Assembly: GCA_001643675.2 (NCBI GenBank)
Contig: LSRY02000035.1
Location: forward strand, 186,001 to 250,000
Reading direction: 5' to 3'
DNA from: Monocercomonoides exilis PA203
Lineage: Eukaryota > Protista > Preaxostyla
DNA: 64,000 nucleotides
Numbering within the stretch: position 1 is the first letter of the stretch; each line of letters begins with the position of its first letter. Both the position numbers and the translations under genes were made by a program. Under the pieces are notes generated by a model. That model did no database searches and was not told the origin of the DNA. It saw only the letters and a program-made list of their open reading frames with translations. Below, piece after piece: positions 24,701 through 36,609 of this stretch.

Positions 24701-26686
24701 CAGCCATATCCCTCTTTCCCTCCTCATCTTCCTCCTTTTCCTCCTTTCCCTTCAACCACTTCTTCTCTAACTTCTCCTTTTGGCTCTTGCTTTTCATCAT
24801 CAACTCCTTCACCATCATCTTTTCCCTTCTCTTCTTCCTCTTCCTCATCATCATCATCTTCTTCTTCCCCTTTCTCTTCTTCCTCTTCCTCTTCAATGGA
24901 CATCGACAACGATACAGAGACAGATCCAGAGTTAACTTCTGCAATGGATGTGGAAGATTTAGCTGAGCGCTGCCCTCTCATCTCGTCGCCTAAGCCATAT
25001 CTGTTTGAGAACATCGACATCAACAGCATCCTCACCCGCCTCTTCGACAACGCTGTCATCTTCGAGGAGCAGGCGAAAGAACAACATGTTAGTCAACAAA
25101 GTCAACAAGCTCTTCAACAAACAACAAGTCAACAATATCCTCAACATTCTTCTTCTTCTTCTTCTTCTTCTTCTTTTGCTCCTTCTTTTACTCCTTCTTC
25201 ATCATTCCCTCAATCTTCTTCCTCTTCTCCTTCTCCTTCTCCTTCTCCTTCTCCTTTCTCTTTCCCCTCAAAAACAGGAACCACCACCCCATCTCTATCT
25301 GCTTCTGCACCTTCTCTTTCGTTTCCTCATCAACCACTTTTTCCTTCTCTTTCTTCTTCTTCCTCCTCCTCCCCTTCTTCTTCTTTCTCTTCTTCTTTCT
25401 CTTCTTCTTCCTTCCTCTCACGCACAACACCTGGACAAATGACATTTTCTCTTCCTCCGCCTCCTCCTCGTGCTCATTTGCTTCACACCCAGCAATCAAC
25501 AATATTCCCATTTACTACACAATCATTCGTACCTTATCAACCTCCTGCTTCTTCTTCTTCTTCTTCTTTTCCTTCTTCAACCCCAACCTCATCCACACCT
25601 CTAACCTCACCTTCATCTGACTCCCAATCCCACCAGGGCATCCTCTCCACCCGTGACAAGGAATTCCTCAACTCTTCCCCCGTCTGCTCTTTCTTCACCG
25701 CCGTCTGCACCGAAAGTGACAAAAGACCTCATCTTCAGCTGCCTCCTGGCCTTGTTGCCCTGCTCACCCGCTTCCGCTGCTGCTGGCCTTCGTCTCTGCT
25801 GCTGCCTGTGATCGATCTCTTGCGCGTTCTTGCACTCCACCCGAAGGGCTGCCATCCGCTCTGCAAGGACCCTTCATTGGCTGGGAGGGAGGATATGAGA
25901 GAAGATAAGAGAGAAGATAAGAGAATGGACGAAGGGAAGAGTATGAGTAATAGCATGAGTGAAGATTGTGCGGATGGGGCAGAGAAGAAGAAGCAGAAAA
26001 GTGTGTTGGCTCCTCTGTCTGCGATGGAGCTGGCGAAGGAGTTCTTACTGCCAGTTGTCAATCCAATGGCTGCAGCTTCAAAATCTCTGTCATGTCCTTC
26101 TCCTTCATCTTCTCTTCCTTCTCCTCTGCCTTCTCCCTCCAAATGCGAGCTGGCACTGAGTGTGATGTGTGGGCGGGTGATTGTGAATCTTGTCGCCACT
26201 CCAGCCGGGGCAAAGTACCTGACAGAACCAGAACGAGTCTCATTCTTCCTGTCAGTTGCAGCATCGATGGTGGAGAACAAGGAAACGCTGTTTTTGCAGC
26301 CAGGGGGAGTGTGCATCATCCACAACATTGCTCTTCTGATGGGAGAGGAGAAAAGTTCGAACCAGGCGCTGTACGAAATCGCGATCCCGGCGCTGGCAGC
26401 AGCCATCCGAAGAGAGTTTGTGAGGCTGTGTGAAGAAGAGCAGAAGATGAAGACAGCTTTTGGTGCATCGGAGCTTCCAGAAAAGTACTTTGACACACTT
26501 CAAATGATGCTAAAGGCATTGGGAGTGTGCTGCTTGAATAACGTTGTGGGAGTGGGAGTTGTTTGCTCGCTTCAAGGCGATGCTGCGGTTATCGAAGCCC
26601 TGACGTCTATGAAAGATTTTCATCATTGGAAAAAAATCCAGCCTTTTGCTGCAGAACTTTTCCTTATTGTAACAAATTATTTTTGA
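22841..26686 (+). CDS. DESI1: DeSI/PPPDE-family desumoylating/deubiquitinating peptidase with C-terminal PUL-like domain
   Basis: Exons 22841-22962, 23060-23095, 23181-23190, 23262-23299, 23364-23521, 23570-23679, 23827-24015 and 24191-26686. The N-terminus [11 protein letters not shown]...[21 protein letters not shown]...[11 protein letters not shown] retains the His/Cys catalytic dyad. [21 protein letters not shown] resembles PUL domains. Confidence 0.85.
24242..24453 (+). repeat. 212-bp cassette, copy A (identical inverted copy at 59461-59672)
   Basis: Manual base-by-base comparison with the reverse complement of 59461-59672 found no mismatch, including the TCT/TCC order in the Ser runs. 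Confidence 0.92.
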
Positions 26687-27413
26687 ACTTTCTTTTTTTT
26701 TATTTTTTCTCTTAGTTAAATTATTTTTTTATCCTTCAGATCTTATTTAACTTGTGAAATTTATGCTTTTATTGAAACTTTGTGAAGTTTAATGTTTTTC
26801 TGTTGAAAAATTTCTTTTTTTCTATGTTTATGTTTTTCCTTTCCTTTTTGCTTTCAATTTAACTTTTATTTCAAAAATCTTGGAAAAACTGTAATTATTT
26901 TACAATTTCATTTGTGTAAAAAATAAAAAGTCATTTAATTCAATCATTTAATTATAAATATTTTCACAATAGAAAATAAAACACATAAATATGGCGAGAT
27001 AAATGTTTAACTAAATTTGAGTTTGAAGATTGGTTGAATGTGAATAAAGACGATTATTCAGGAGGAATTTTAGCACTTGGATGACGAGCAGTCATATGAG
27101 TCACTAACAATTTGTGATTTTGAACGGCACACTGATTTTTGAAACGAATTGTATTCATGACGAAAAAAGTTCAATCAAAGCAAATTGAGCTTTAAAAAAA
27201 TTAAAGCAAACTCCGCATTCAGGGCAGATAATACTCAGTCCTGGTTTCTTTACTCCGGATGCTGTATGAGGTTGTGCTTTTCCTTTTCCCATTTTGTTTA
27301 TTCAAATAACAAAAATATGGGATTTTTTCCCCATACTTCCAAAGAATTAAAAACTTTGTTATGCATAAATTAAAAATAAGAGAAAAGATAATTTAAAGCT
27401 AAGATTTTAATTT

Positions 27414-29765
27414 TCAGAGACTTTCAAGAGCTTTATTTGCACTATATTGCACATCTTTATCTGGATCTCCAAGGAGTTTTTCCATTTGCTGTTTGATTTC
27501 TCTTCGCTTTTCAGCAGTTTTTGCGGTGTTGTAAAGGGTGCGAAGAGTAGAAGCAGCCTTCATACGCACATTTGGAACCGGATCTGCACACAGCGCCGCG
27601 ACAGCCGGGAAAATCAGAGAGGACAAGGCATCGTCTGGGCAGAGAGGGGCGATGCGGGAGAACGCGAACAGGGAGATCAGCCTTCTGATGTAGGACTTGT
27701 GCTTTGAGCGTGCGATGACTGACGGAGCGAGCTGCTCTTTGACCCAAACTGGGCCAAACTCTGCGCCGATGGAGGCGAGTGTCTCCACCGCAGTGACACG
27801 CACATCACTCACATCGTCGTCCATCCACCCGACACAAAGGCCCAGCAGCTTCTCGTTGAAGACTGGCTGGCCGAGCTCCTTGGCGACGTAGGCGATGTAT
27901 TTGATGACTGTCATGCGGATGCGCCACTCGCCTGTGCCTGCCACACCGCCACTGGTGGCCATGGAGAGGGCAGAGGAAGAGGCAGAGGAAGAAGAAGCAG
28001 AGGCTGAGGAGGAGGAGTTGAGAGGAGAAGGAGATGGGGAGGATGGGGTTGAAGGCGGCTGAGGGATTGGGCAGACGGTGAGTGAGGTGACAGCGGGGAT
28101 CAGCTGGGCGATGATCTGCTCCAGTTCACAGTTCTGTTGAGGTTGATAGATTTGTTGGATAGGAAAAAAAAAGAATAATGAAGAAAGAGAAAAATAAATA
28201 TGATTATTTAAATAAAGAAAAGGAAAAGAAGAAAGCAAAAGAAATATATATAAATTTATATATATAGTATTAAAGAGACAAAATTTATTTTTCATTATTG
28301 GGAAAAAAAATAAATAAATTAAGAATCAAAAATTGAACATGAACGATCATAATATCACACCTTTGCGAGAGAAGGAAGGTTTGCAATGGCGCTTGCTCTG
28401 ACTTCAGGTGGCTGCTTCTCAGAGAGAAAGTCTGTGAGAAGAGGAAGAATGTTGGCATTGAACTCAGCACGTGACAGAAGAGAGGTCATTCGCAGAACAC
28501 TGACAGCCAACGCCTCTGTAAAAAAAAGAAAAAAAAAAAAAAAAAAAAAGTGAAAGAAAGAAAGAAAGAAAAAATGATGATGATTAACAATTGAAAAAGG
28601 AAATAATATATTGTTTGCATATTTTTTTTAAAAAAATTAAAATCAATTCAAATTTAAAAAAAAAAAATTCTTTTTGGAAATTTGAAAAGAAAAAACAAAC
28701 CTTTCACAATTGTGTTCTCGTCCTTCGACAATTCCTTGATAGGTGGCAAAAGTGCCTTGATGATTGTTTCTGAGGTCAAATGAGATGCAAAGCACGACAG
28801 CTTCTTTGCTGCAATCGTCTTAACTTCAATTTCTCCATCACGCATCAGCCCAACAAACAGAGGTGTCACCTCAGTCTTCACAATTGCTGGGGGAAGCTTC
28901 TCAGAGAAATCGCAGATGAGCTCAGCCACCTTGAATTTCACTCTCCAGGATTTATCTTCTGCAATGCGACGGAAGATTGGTAGGATTTGAGCTTTCACTT
29001 CGTCCGGGGTCAGAAGAGGAACTGATGCAATCAGAGCATTCATCACCCACAAACGAATGGAATCCAATTCATCTCCAGAAATATATTGAAGAATTGGCAG
29101 TAATGAAGTTTTAAAAACTACCTTATCCACTTGAGAAATTAAATCCTTCATGCACCTTGCAGCAGATCTACGAACAGTAGCTGAATCATCACGAGAAAGA
29201 GCAGAATACATCTGAATCAATTCGTCCCTTTGCTTTGCGTTGCACGCGCGATAAATAGCAGCATACAAGCAAGGAGCAGCAGTTCGCTTTGTGATCCAAT
29301 CACCTAGCGATAACCGCTTCACAAGGTCAAACACAGTCGATTCAACAACTGATTGCGACATGAATGGAATAATTGAGCATATAGCAACAAGTGCCTTTTC
29401 ACGTACAAGTGCATCTTCAAGGATTGCCAATTGTTCAAGTGGCTGCAGGAGAGTGTGGGCCCAACCATTTCCACCAACTTGTGGAACGAGTTTTCCGATT
29501 TCTTCTCCATATGCAACAAGCACTTCATCATCATCATTAAAGCAATCTAAGTAACATATTTATTTATAGCGCATGCAATCTATATGAATAAAGGCAAACC
29601 AATAAGATATGGAAGTAATTCATTTCTTGTTCTCTCAGGTCCAATTGTATCGGCAATTAAACTGAGATTCCTGACAGATCTCAAACGAAGTTGAATATCG
29701 TCTGCTCTCAAGCAATCCATCAGGTTTGCGACCTGAATAAGAATGTCATCTTGGACTTTAGCCAT
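27414..29765 (-). CDS. PPP2R1A: Protein phosphatase 2A scaffold subunit A (HEAT repeats)
   Basis: Exons 29765-29600, 29546-28701, 28515-28361 and 28133-27414. Diagnostic segments: LRADDIQLRLRSV...IGPERTRNELLPYL, DDDEVL, LSRDDSATVRRSAA, AEDKSWRVK, DPVPNVRM, DPDKDVQYSA. Confidence 0.95.
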
Positions 29766-30008
29766 GATGATGAACACAAATTTATAAGTTATGGTTAATC
29801 ATTTAATTTCATTGTATTCATAAAAAATACATTTATGTTTTTGTCAAAAATATACTATCGATGGTTTAAGAATAACGATCATTTTCTCCCTATTTTGATA
29901 TTACAAAAATTTTTTGTATATTTATTTTTGATAGTCCAAACAGCAAAGTATGTTTTTTAAAAAGCCAATTTTGTACTTTTATAAAATAATATCATTAAAA
30001 TAGGTGCT
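29766..30008. promoter_or_regulatory. Putative bidirectional promoter between PP2A-A and SF1 (243 bp)
   Basis: Divergent ATGs at 29765 (-) and 30009 (+); inferred from geometry only. Confidence 0.5.
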
Positions 30009-33000
30009 ATGTCTTCATTTGCTGAAATAGCCAAAAAAGCTCTCGCCAGGCATCTTAAACGAACAACAGAAGGTTCTAACATTCTTCAAACTTAAAACTT
30101 ATTTAGAACAATTGCAAACATGGAATGGTTTATGTGTCTCAGAATCTCGGCTTGATAATACTTTGCATCCTCATCCTTCTCCAATGAAAGAACCAGATGA
30201 TTCTTCAGAGCAACGTTTTTCACCACCACAAAAACGAGGCCCACAAGAAGTTTATGGTTCAAATAAGCCAGATATGCAGCAATTACCTCATGAGTTCAGT
30301 ATTCCTAATGCACCCCAACCTTGTCGACGTGGTATGCATTTTTCGAGGTGGAATTTTTTTAACATTCGTTTCACCAATAGCTTCGGATATAGCAATTGAA
30401 ATAGCAAAGTTGAAAGGATCTTTGATGAGCGGAGAATATTTAATTCCAGATCCTAACCAGTTTGTCAAATCAAAACACGATTTTATATTTTTCCTTTTTT
30501 TACCAAATTTATTTTCCAAACCCAATTCTCATTTAAGAGAACGATCTCCTTCTCCTCCTCCAATATATGATACTCAGGGAAAACGTATTAACACACGAGA
30601 ACAGAGAAAAAAGGCTGCAATTGAAGAACAACTTCAAGTTTTATCTGATGAAATGATTAAAGCCATTTCTACTGAAAGAGGTATTTTAATGTGACTATGC
30701 GCAAGGCCATATTATCTGTTATGTAATATTTGTTACTTTGATATTCATCACTACTCTTTATATTTATTTAACTCTTCACAACAATCATTTTTTTGATACA
30801 ATTATCTTCTAATCTTAATAAAAAAATAAAAAATGAAATAAATATTTTCACACCCATTTAGGCATACCACTCGAAACATTGAAGCCAGTCACTGCGGCAA
30901 AACCACAGGCGAAGTTGACAGAGCGTATCTATTTCCCAGTGAGTGAGCACCCACTGGCGAACTACATGGGCTTTTTATTGGGGCCAAGAGGAGCAAACCT
31001 GAAGCGTCTTGAGGGAGAGATCGGAGGAGGGGTGAAGCTGTTCATAAGAGGACAAGGGACGATAAAGGAAGGTAAAAAACTGTTTGTGCAAGGGATGGAG
31101 GCGACGATGGGGTCTGGTGCTGGGACAGGGATGGGGGCGAATATCATTTCAGTGTATGATGGGATTGATCAGCCGATGCATGTGCTGGTGACGAACTGTG
31201 ACAGCGAGGAGAGGATGGAGAAGGCGAAGAAAGTGATAGCGCAGGAGATAGAGGCGGTGACGTCAGAGGAGGACTGGGCGATCAAACACAGGCTGGAGCA
31301 GTGGGATATGCTGAAGCAGGTGAATGGGACGAAGCTGGGAGGAGGAGGAGGAATAAGTGGAAGTGGAAGTTTGGGAGGAGGAGGAGAAGGAGGAGGAGAC
31401 AGAGAGAAAGAGAAAGAGAATAGTATATCAGGTGCATTGGATGATGGCCTGGATGCGTTCATTGATGAGTATGAGAAGAATCTGCAGCTGACAGGGATGG
31501 ATCTGACACTCAACTCGGTACAAGCAAGGAAAGATGGACAAAACACACAAAATGCACAAAACACACAAAATAATACAAGAATGAGTGATGATGACATTTT
31601 GGAGCAGTTTCTGATAGAGACAGGGGTGAAGACAGTACATACTGCTGCTCCTTCCTTCACAGTTAATAGCTCAAATAACTCTCTTTCTTCTTCTTCTTCT
31701 TCCTCTTCCTCTTCCTCTTCCTCTTCATCTTCTTCCTCCTCTTCTTCTCCTTCCTCAGTCACCCTCATCCCTTCCTCCTCCTCCTCCTTCACCGTCCAGT
31801 CACAGCCCACACTCACCACACAGCACCTGGAAAAACCGAAGATTCAGCCAAAGTTGCCTTCACTGAACAACTATGCTGTGTCTGATGTGCTGGCGGATCT
31901 GGATGCGATAGAGCATGAGATCGAGAAAGAGGATGAGATGGACAGGGAGATCAGCGCATTTGTGGAGGATCTGTCAAGTTTGGCGCCGGCACAGGCAGAA
32001 GCAGCATATGCAGCAGCAACAGCAGCTGTGGTGGCAAAGAGGACGATGAATAATGCTTATAATAATAGTAATAATAATCAGATGATGATGACATTGAATG
32101 AAAGAGGAATATCTAGTTCTCCTTTATCTTCCTCTTCCTCTTCTTCCTCTTCTCCTTCTCAGTCTCAGATGCCTATGCGTTCTCCGCCTTCTTCACAGCC
32201 GATGATATCGTTCTACAATGAAATAGACTCAGTCATAGCAGAACTGGAGAATATGGACAAGCCACGGAATGCAACACAGGGGAAGAGGCTTGTGTTTTCT
32301 GAGGAAGAAGAGGAGGAGGAGAAGGAGGAGAATGATAATGAAGAAGGAGAAAGAGGAGAAGGAGAAAGAGGGAAAGAGAAAGAAAGAGGAGGAAGAGAAG
32401 AAGAAGAAGAAGAAGAAGAAGAAGATGATGATGATTCAGATGAAGAGAATGGAAGAGGAAATAAAAGCAAGCCAATCAACAGTTTTGGAGTGAAGAAAAG
32501 AAGAATCATTGAAAACTCAGACTCAGACTCTGATTCAGATTCAGATTCAGATTCAAGTTCAGAATCATCATCTGACACAGATGAAGGATCTGAGAAAAAG
32601 AAGGAAAAGAAGGAAAAGAAGGAAAACAAAGAAAAAGACATGAAAGAGGAAGATAAAGAGGAAAAGAGTGAAAATGAAAACAACAAAGTGGGAGCTGAAA
32701 AAGAAAAAGAAGAAGAAGAAGAAGAAGATGATGATGATGAAAATAAAGATGAACATTCAATCATTGAGGATATTTCTTCTTCAGAAGATTCTTCAGATTC
32801 TTCTGACTCATCTTCTCCTTCTCCTTCTCCTTCTCCTTCACCTTCATCTTCTCCTTCTCTTCCTTCTCAACATTCCACTATTTCATCAAATTCCTATTCT
32901 TCTTCTCCTTCTTCTTCCTCTTCTTCTTCTTCTTCTACAACTGATTCACTTCAACAACAAAACACACTCATTTCATCCACTGACAAACAATACCATATTT

Positions 33001-34040
33001 CAATAACTCCTTCCCTTTCTTCTTCTTCTCCTACTCCTTCATCATCATCTTCTTTATCTTCTTCTTCTGATCCTGATGATGAAGATGATGAAGATGATGA
33101 AGAAAAATCAACAAAAAAAGATGAAAATTTCGATACAAATACAGAGCAACCTGAAGAGCAATCATCATCTTCTTCAATAACTCCATCTGATTCTTTAACT
33201 CCATCTTCTTCTTCTTCTTCTTCTTCTTCTTCTTCTTCTTCTGCTTCTATTTCTGAAGAAGATGGCAAGTCATCAACAATGGCTAATGAGTCTATACAAA
33301 AGCCTGATGACGATGAAAGCCAAAATCTAACAGCTTATTCATCATCTGAATCATCTTCATCATATTCATCTTCATCTCCTTCATCTTCTCATCCACAAGA
33401 AACATCACATAACCACACACAAACACAGAAAAAATCACATCAAGAGAATTCATCCACTTCATCATCATCATCATCATCATCAAGTCCTTCTTCTTCTTCT
33501 TCTTCTTCCTCTTCCTCTTCCTCTTCCTCCCCCTCTTCTACTTCTACACGCAACCAAATATCATCATCATCATCATCTTCTTCTTCTTCATTTCATCCAC
33601 ATCCATCCAAAATGTCCTTGAAGCGTTCTCCTTCCACGGGGGACAAGATGGCAGCTGGATACAACCAGCCAGGAAGTAACCCACAAATGGGATATTACCA
33701 GCAGATGCAGCAGATGCAACAAATGCAGCAATATCAACAGGCACAAGCACAGGCACAGATGCAGATGCAAATACATATGCAATTCCAGCTCCAGATGCAA
33801 ATGCAGATGCAGATGCAGATGCAGGCGATGGGAGTCACAAGCATCGACCCTCTGCTTTTTCAGATGCCTGGAAGTCAGATGACAAACGGAATGATGTATC
33901 AAATGCCCACAATGACAGTGATGCCTACTGGAGATGCTGCGTCCATTACACAAACTCCAGCATCAGAAAATTTTCTTTATCCTTCAAATGGGTCACATGA
34001 ACAAAATCTTTCTTCTTTCGGAAAAATTTCTCCACAATAA
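30009..34040 (+). CDS. SF1: Splicing factor 1 / branchpoint-binding protein (KH-QUA2) with long low-complexity tail
   Basis: Exons 30009-30072 (start uncertain, requires a 34-nt intron), 30107-30331, 30381-30459, 30538-30680 and 30862-34040. Contains the SF1 signature ERSPSPPPIYDTQGKRINTREQR, the KH domain NYMGFLLGPRGANLKRLE...IRGQGTIKEGK, and QUA2-like LKQVNGT. Confidence 0.9.
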
Positions 34041-34190
34041 AAAAGAAGTGTATTTTTTGCTATTTTTCATTTCACTTATTTATGATCACTTCACCGTGAG
34101 TAATTGATTTTCTTTTGTCAATTGTTTTTTCTTTAATTTATGGTTAAATAAACCATATTCAGATAATTTTATTGAAAAATTATTTGGTCT

Positions 34191-35184
34191 ATGATTTGCT
34201 CAATACTTTTAAATCTATTACTTCTGAAAACTTATTCACTTGAATTAAGTGACTTTAATTTTACAGGGCTTGCTCGTGATAGGTTTGCTAAGTGTTTCTG
34301 AAGACATTTAACATATTCTTTAATTTAACAGCGATAATCCATATGAAGGAAAAATTCAATCAATGAAATTCTGGTATAATTTTAACCGTTCTGTTCCGAA
34401 TGTCCCATCAATAGGAGAATGTGAAATTCCTGGTTGTGTCATCCCAACAAAGCCATCTATGGGAGATTGCTATTGCTATGGAGATATTAACAACGGATCA
34501 ACAACTGTTCTCGCTAGCGATGACGGAATCAAAATGAAATGTGTGAAAGTGTTATCAATGATTGAGTAGTTTTATCTATGCATTTTTATTTTAGTTGATT
34601 ATGATGCTGATTATGAAACAAGAACTGCTGTAATTCGCTTTACTTGTGCAAAGGAGGAAAAAGTTTCATTGGATTATCAAAAGTATATTATTTTCTTCAT
34701 TTTTTGCTATTTTAATTTTTTTAAAAACTTTTGTTTTTAAAACAATTAAAGCGTTATGGTTACATTAAATTGGGAACATCCTCAAGGATGCCCAGTGAAG
34801 CACAAAGATCCAGATGATCCAAGCAACCCAAGCGATCCTAATAATCCGAAAAATAAAAAGAAATTATCATTCGGGAGCGTGATGCTCATTATTCTTTCAG
34901 TTCTTCTTGTTCTTTACTTTGCCATTGGAATTCCAATAATGGTTTGATAAATCTGGTTTCACTTTTTTGTTAAATGACAATGATATTTTCTTTTTCATAA
35001 TTTCACGCATTCTTATTCTTCTTCTTATTTTTTAAAAAAGGCATTTGGATTGAAAAAGCGGGGAGTTGAAATGATTCCATTTGTATTCTTCTGGACAGCC
35101 ATTCCTGGGCTTGTGGTGAGTGGAGTTAAGTGTATATTCCAACCTTGCTGCAACTCTGCTCGTGGCTTCAAAGAAGTTTCTTAA
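34191..35184 (+). CDS. ATG27 / cation-dependent mannose-6-phosphate-receptor-like type I membrane protein
   Basis: Hydrophobic N-terminus; Cys-containing luminal domain with RTAVIRFTC and LNWEHPQGCP; TM segment LSFGSVMLIILSVLLVLYFAIGIPIM. The tail KRGVEMIPFVFFWTAIPGLVVSG matches the G.E.IP...FW...P.LV..G pattern of this family. Five exons. Confidence 0.72.
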
Positions 35185-36609
35185 AGGAGAAAAAGGAATT
35201 ATATATAGCATGTGATGGAAACAGGATGAGAAATGATCAATGAGATTATTATAAAATGCCAAAAAAAAATGATTTTAAAAGGAAAGAATATTTTTCTCTT
35301 TCGACATATTTTGGTAACATGTTGTGAATGAACTTTATTCATATGTCATTTGATTATCTCATTTCATAATTAAATATTTTTTGTTTGTTTATCTTGTTTT
35401 CTTTGAAAGCTACCAATTCAATTATAAACTAATGAAATATATTTTTTTCACTTTTGTGAAGATTTCTTCTCTTTCACCTTCTTTTACGATCTTTTCCTCC
35501 TCATTTTCTCATTCTCTAATTCATTATTCTTCGTTTTTTTGAAGTTATTTTGCTTCATTTTCTATATAGTTTGCATTTTTTTACGAAATGCAAATGATGC
35601 ATTCAAAAAAAACCACTCTTAACTGTCTGACAACTCTTGAAATAATTCTATCTTTTTCTGATTATTTTTTTAAATCCAATTCTTTCTTTCTTTCTTTTCT
35701 TTTTTTCTTTCATTCTTGGTATTTTAAATGGGTGTATAGTTATAACGACTTTTTTTTTCCAAAATTTATTTAATTTAAAAAAAAAAGTACTTCGAACACC
35801 TTTTCTTCGAGTTTCTTCTTCTTCTTCTTCTTTCTTCTTTTTCTACAAATGAATGCATCTTTTTGACAGGAGTTGCCGGAATATCCATTTTTTTTCAACT
35901 TCATGTCAATTTTTTAATTTATTATTTATTATTTATTTTTCCGTTGATTTTCTCTTGTTTCAGTTTTGACATATTCCAATTTTTATGCCTCTTGTTGAGA
36001 GTTTATTTATCTATTTATTATACCAACCAATTTTTCAACCACTCATATCTCCTGTTTCTTTCTTTCTTTATTTCTTTCCTTTTTTTACCTGCCTCAGTCT
36101 GGAGCAGGAAAATAATAATAATAATAACAATAATAATCCTTCATTTGAATAGCTCTACAGTTTTCAAACAAGCACATACACACAATTCATTTCATTCTGA
36201 GATTCGTCCCACTTTATTCTTGTGGATCGATCTTATTGAGTTGTTTTCTCATCCTGTTTTCTTGATTGCTTGTTTGCTTGTTAACTTCACTTTTTTTTAT
36301 GTTTTCTAATTAAAAGGAGTGATGCTTAATTATCAACATTATAACCAGATAGTCTTGCTAAGTGATTGATATTTTGTAGTTTATTTATTTCTTTCAAAAA
36401 TTATAATTTTAAATAAAAATAAATTGTTAAAAAGAAAAGAGAAAAATAATGTGAGAATGAATGTGAAATTGGATGGTGTGAAGTGAAAGAAGACATTAAG
36501 AACGATTAAAAGAGAAAAAACAATGGTTTAGACAATAAATTAACACAAAATAGTACATTCAAGTTCGTCAAGTTCAGAAAAATCAAAATACTAACAAATT
36601 TCAAAGTCA

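Noticed and set aside
27230-27275. Superficial similarity to the U5 snRNA 5' end
   Set aside because: The invariant loop I GCCTTTTAC is absent.
34249-34266. Apparent 18-nt GT-AG intron in the ATG27-like gene
   Set aside because: Too short, and it reads through in frame as SDFNFTG, which fits the luminal domain start.
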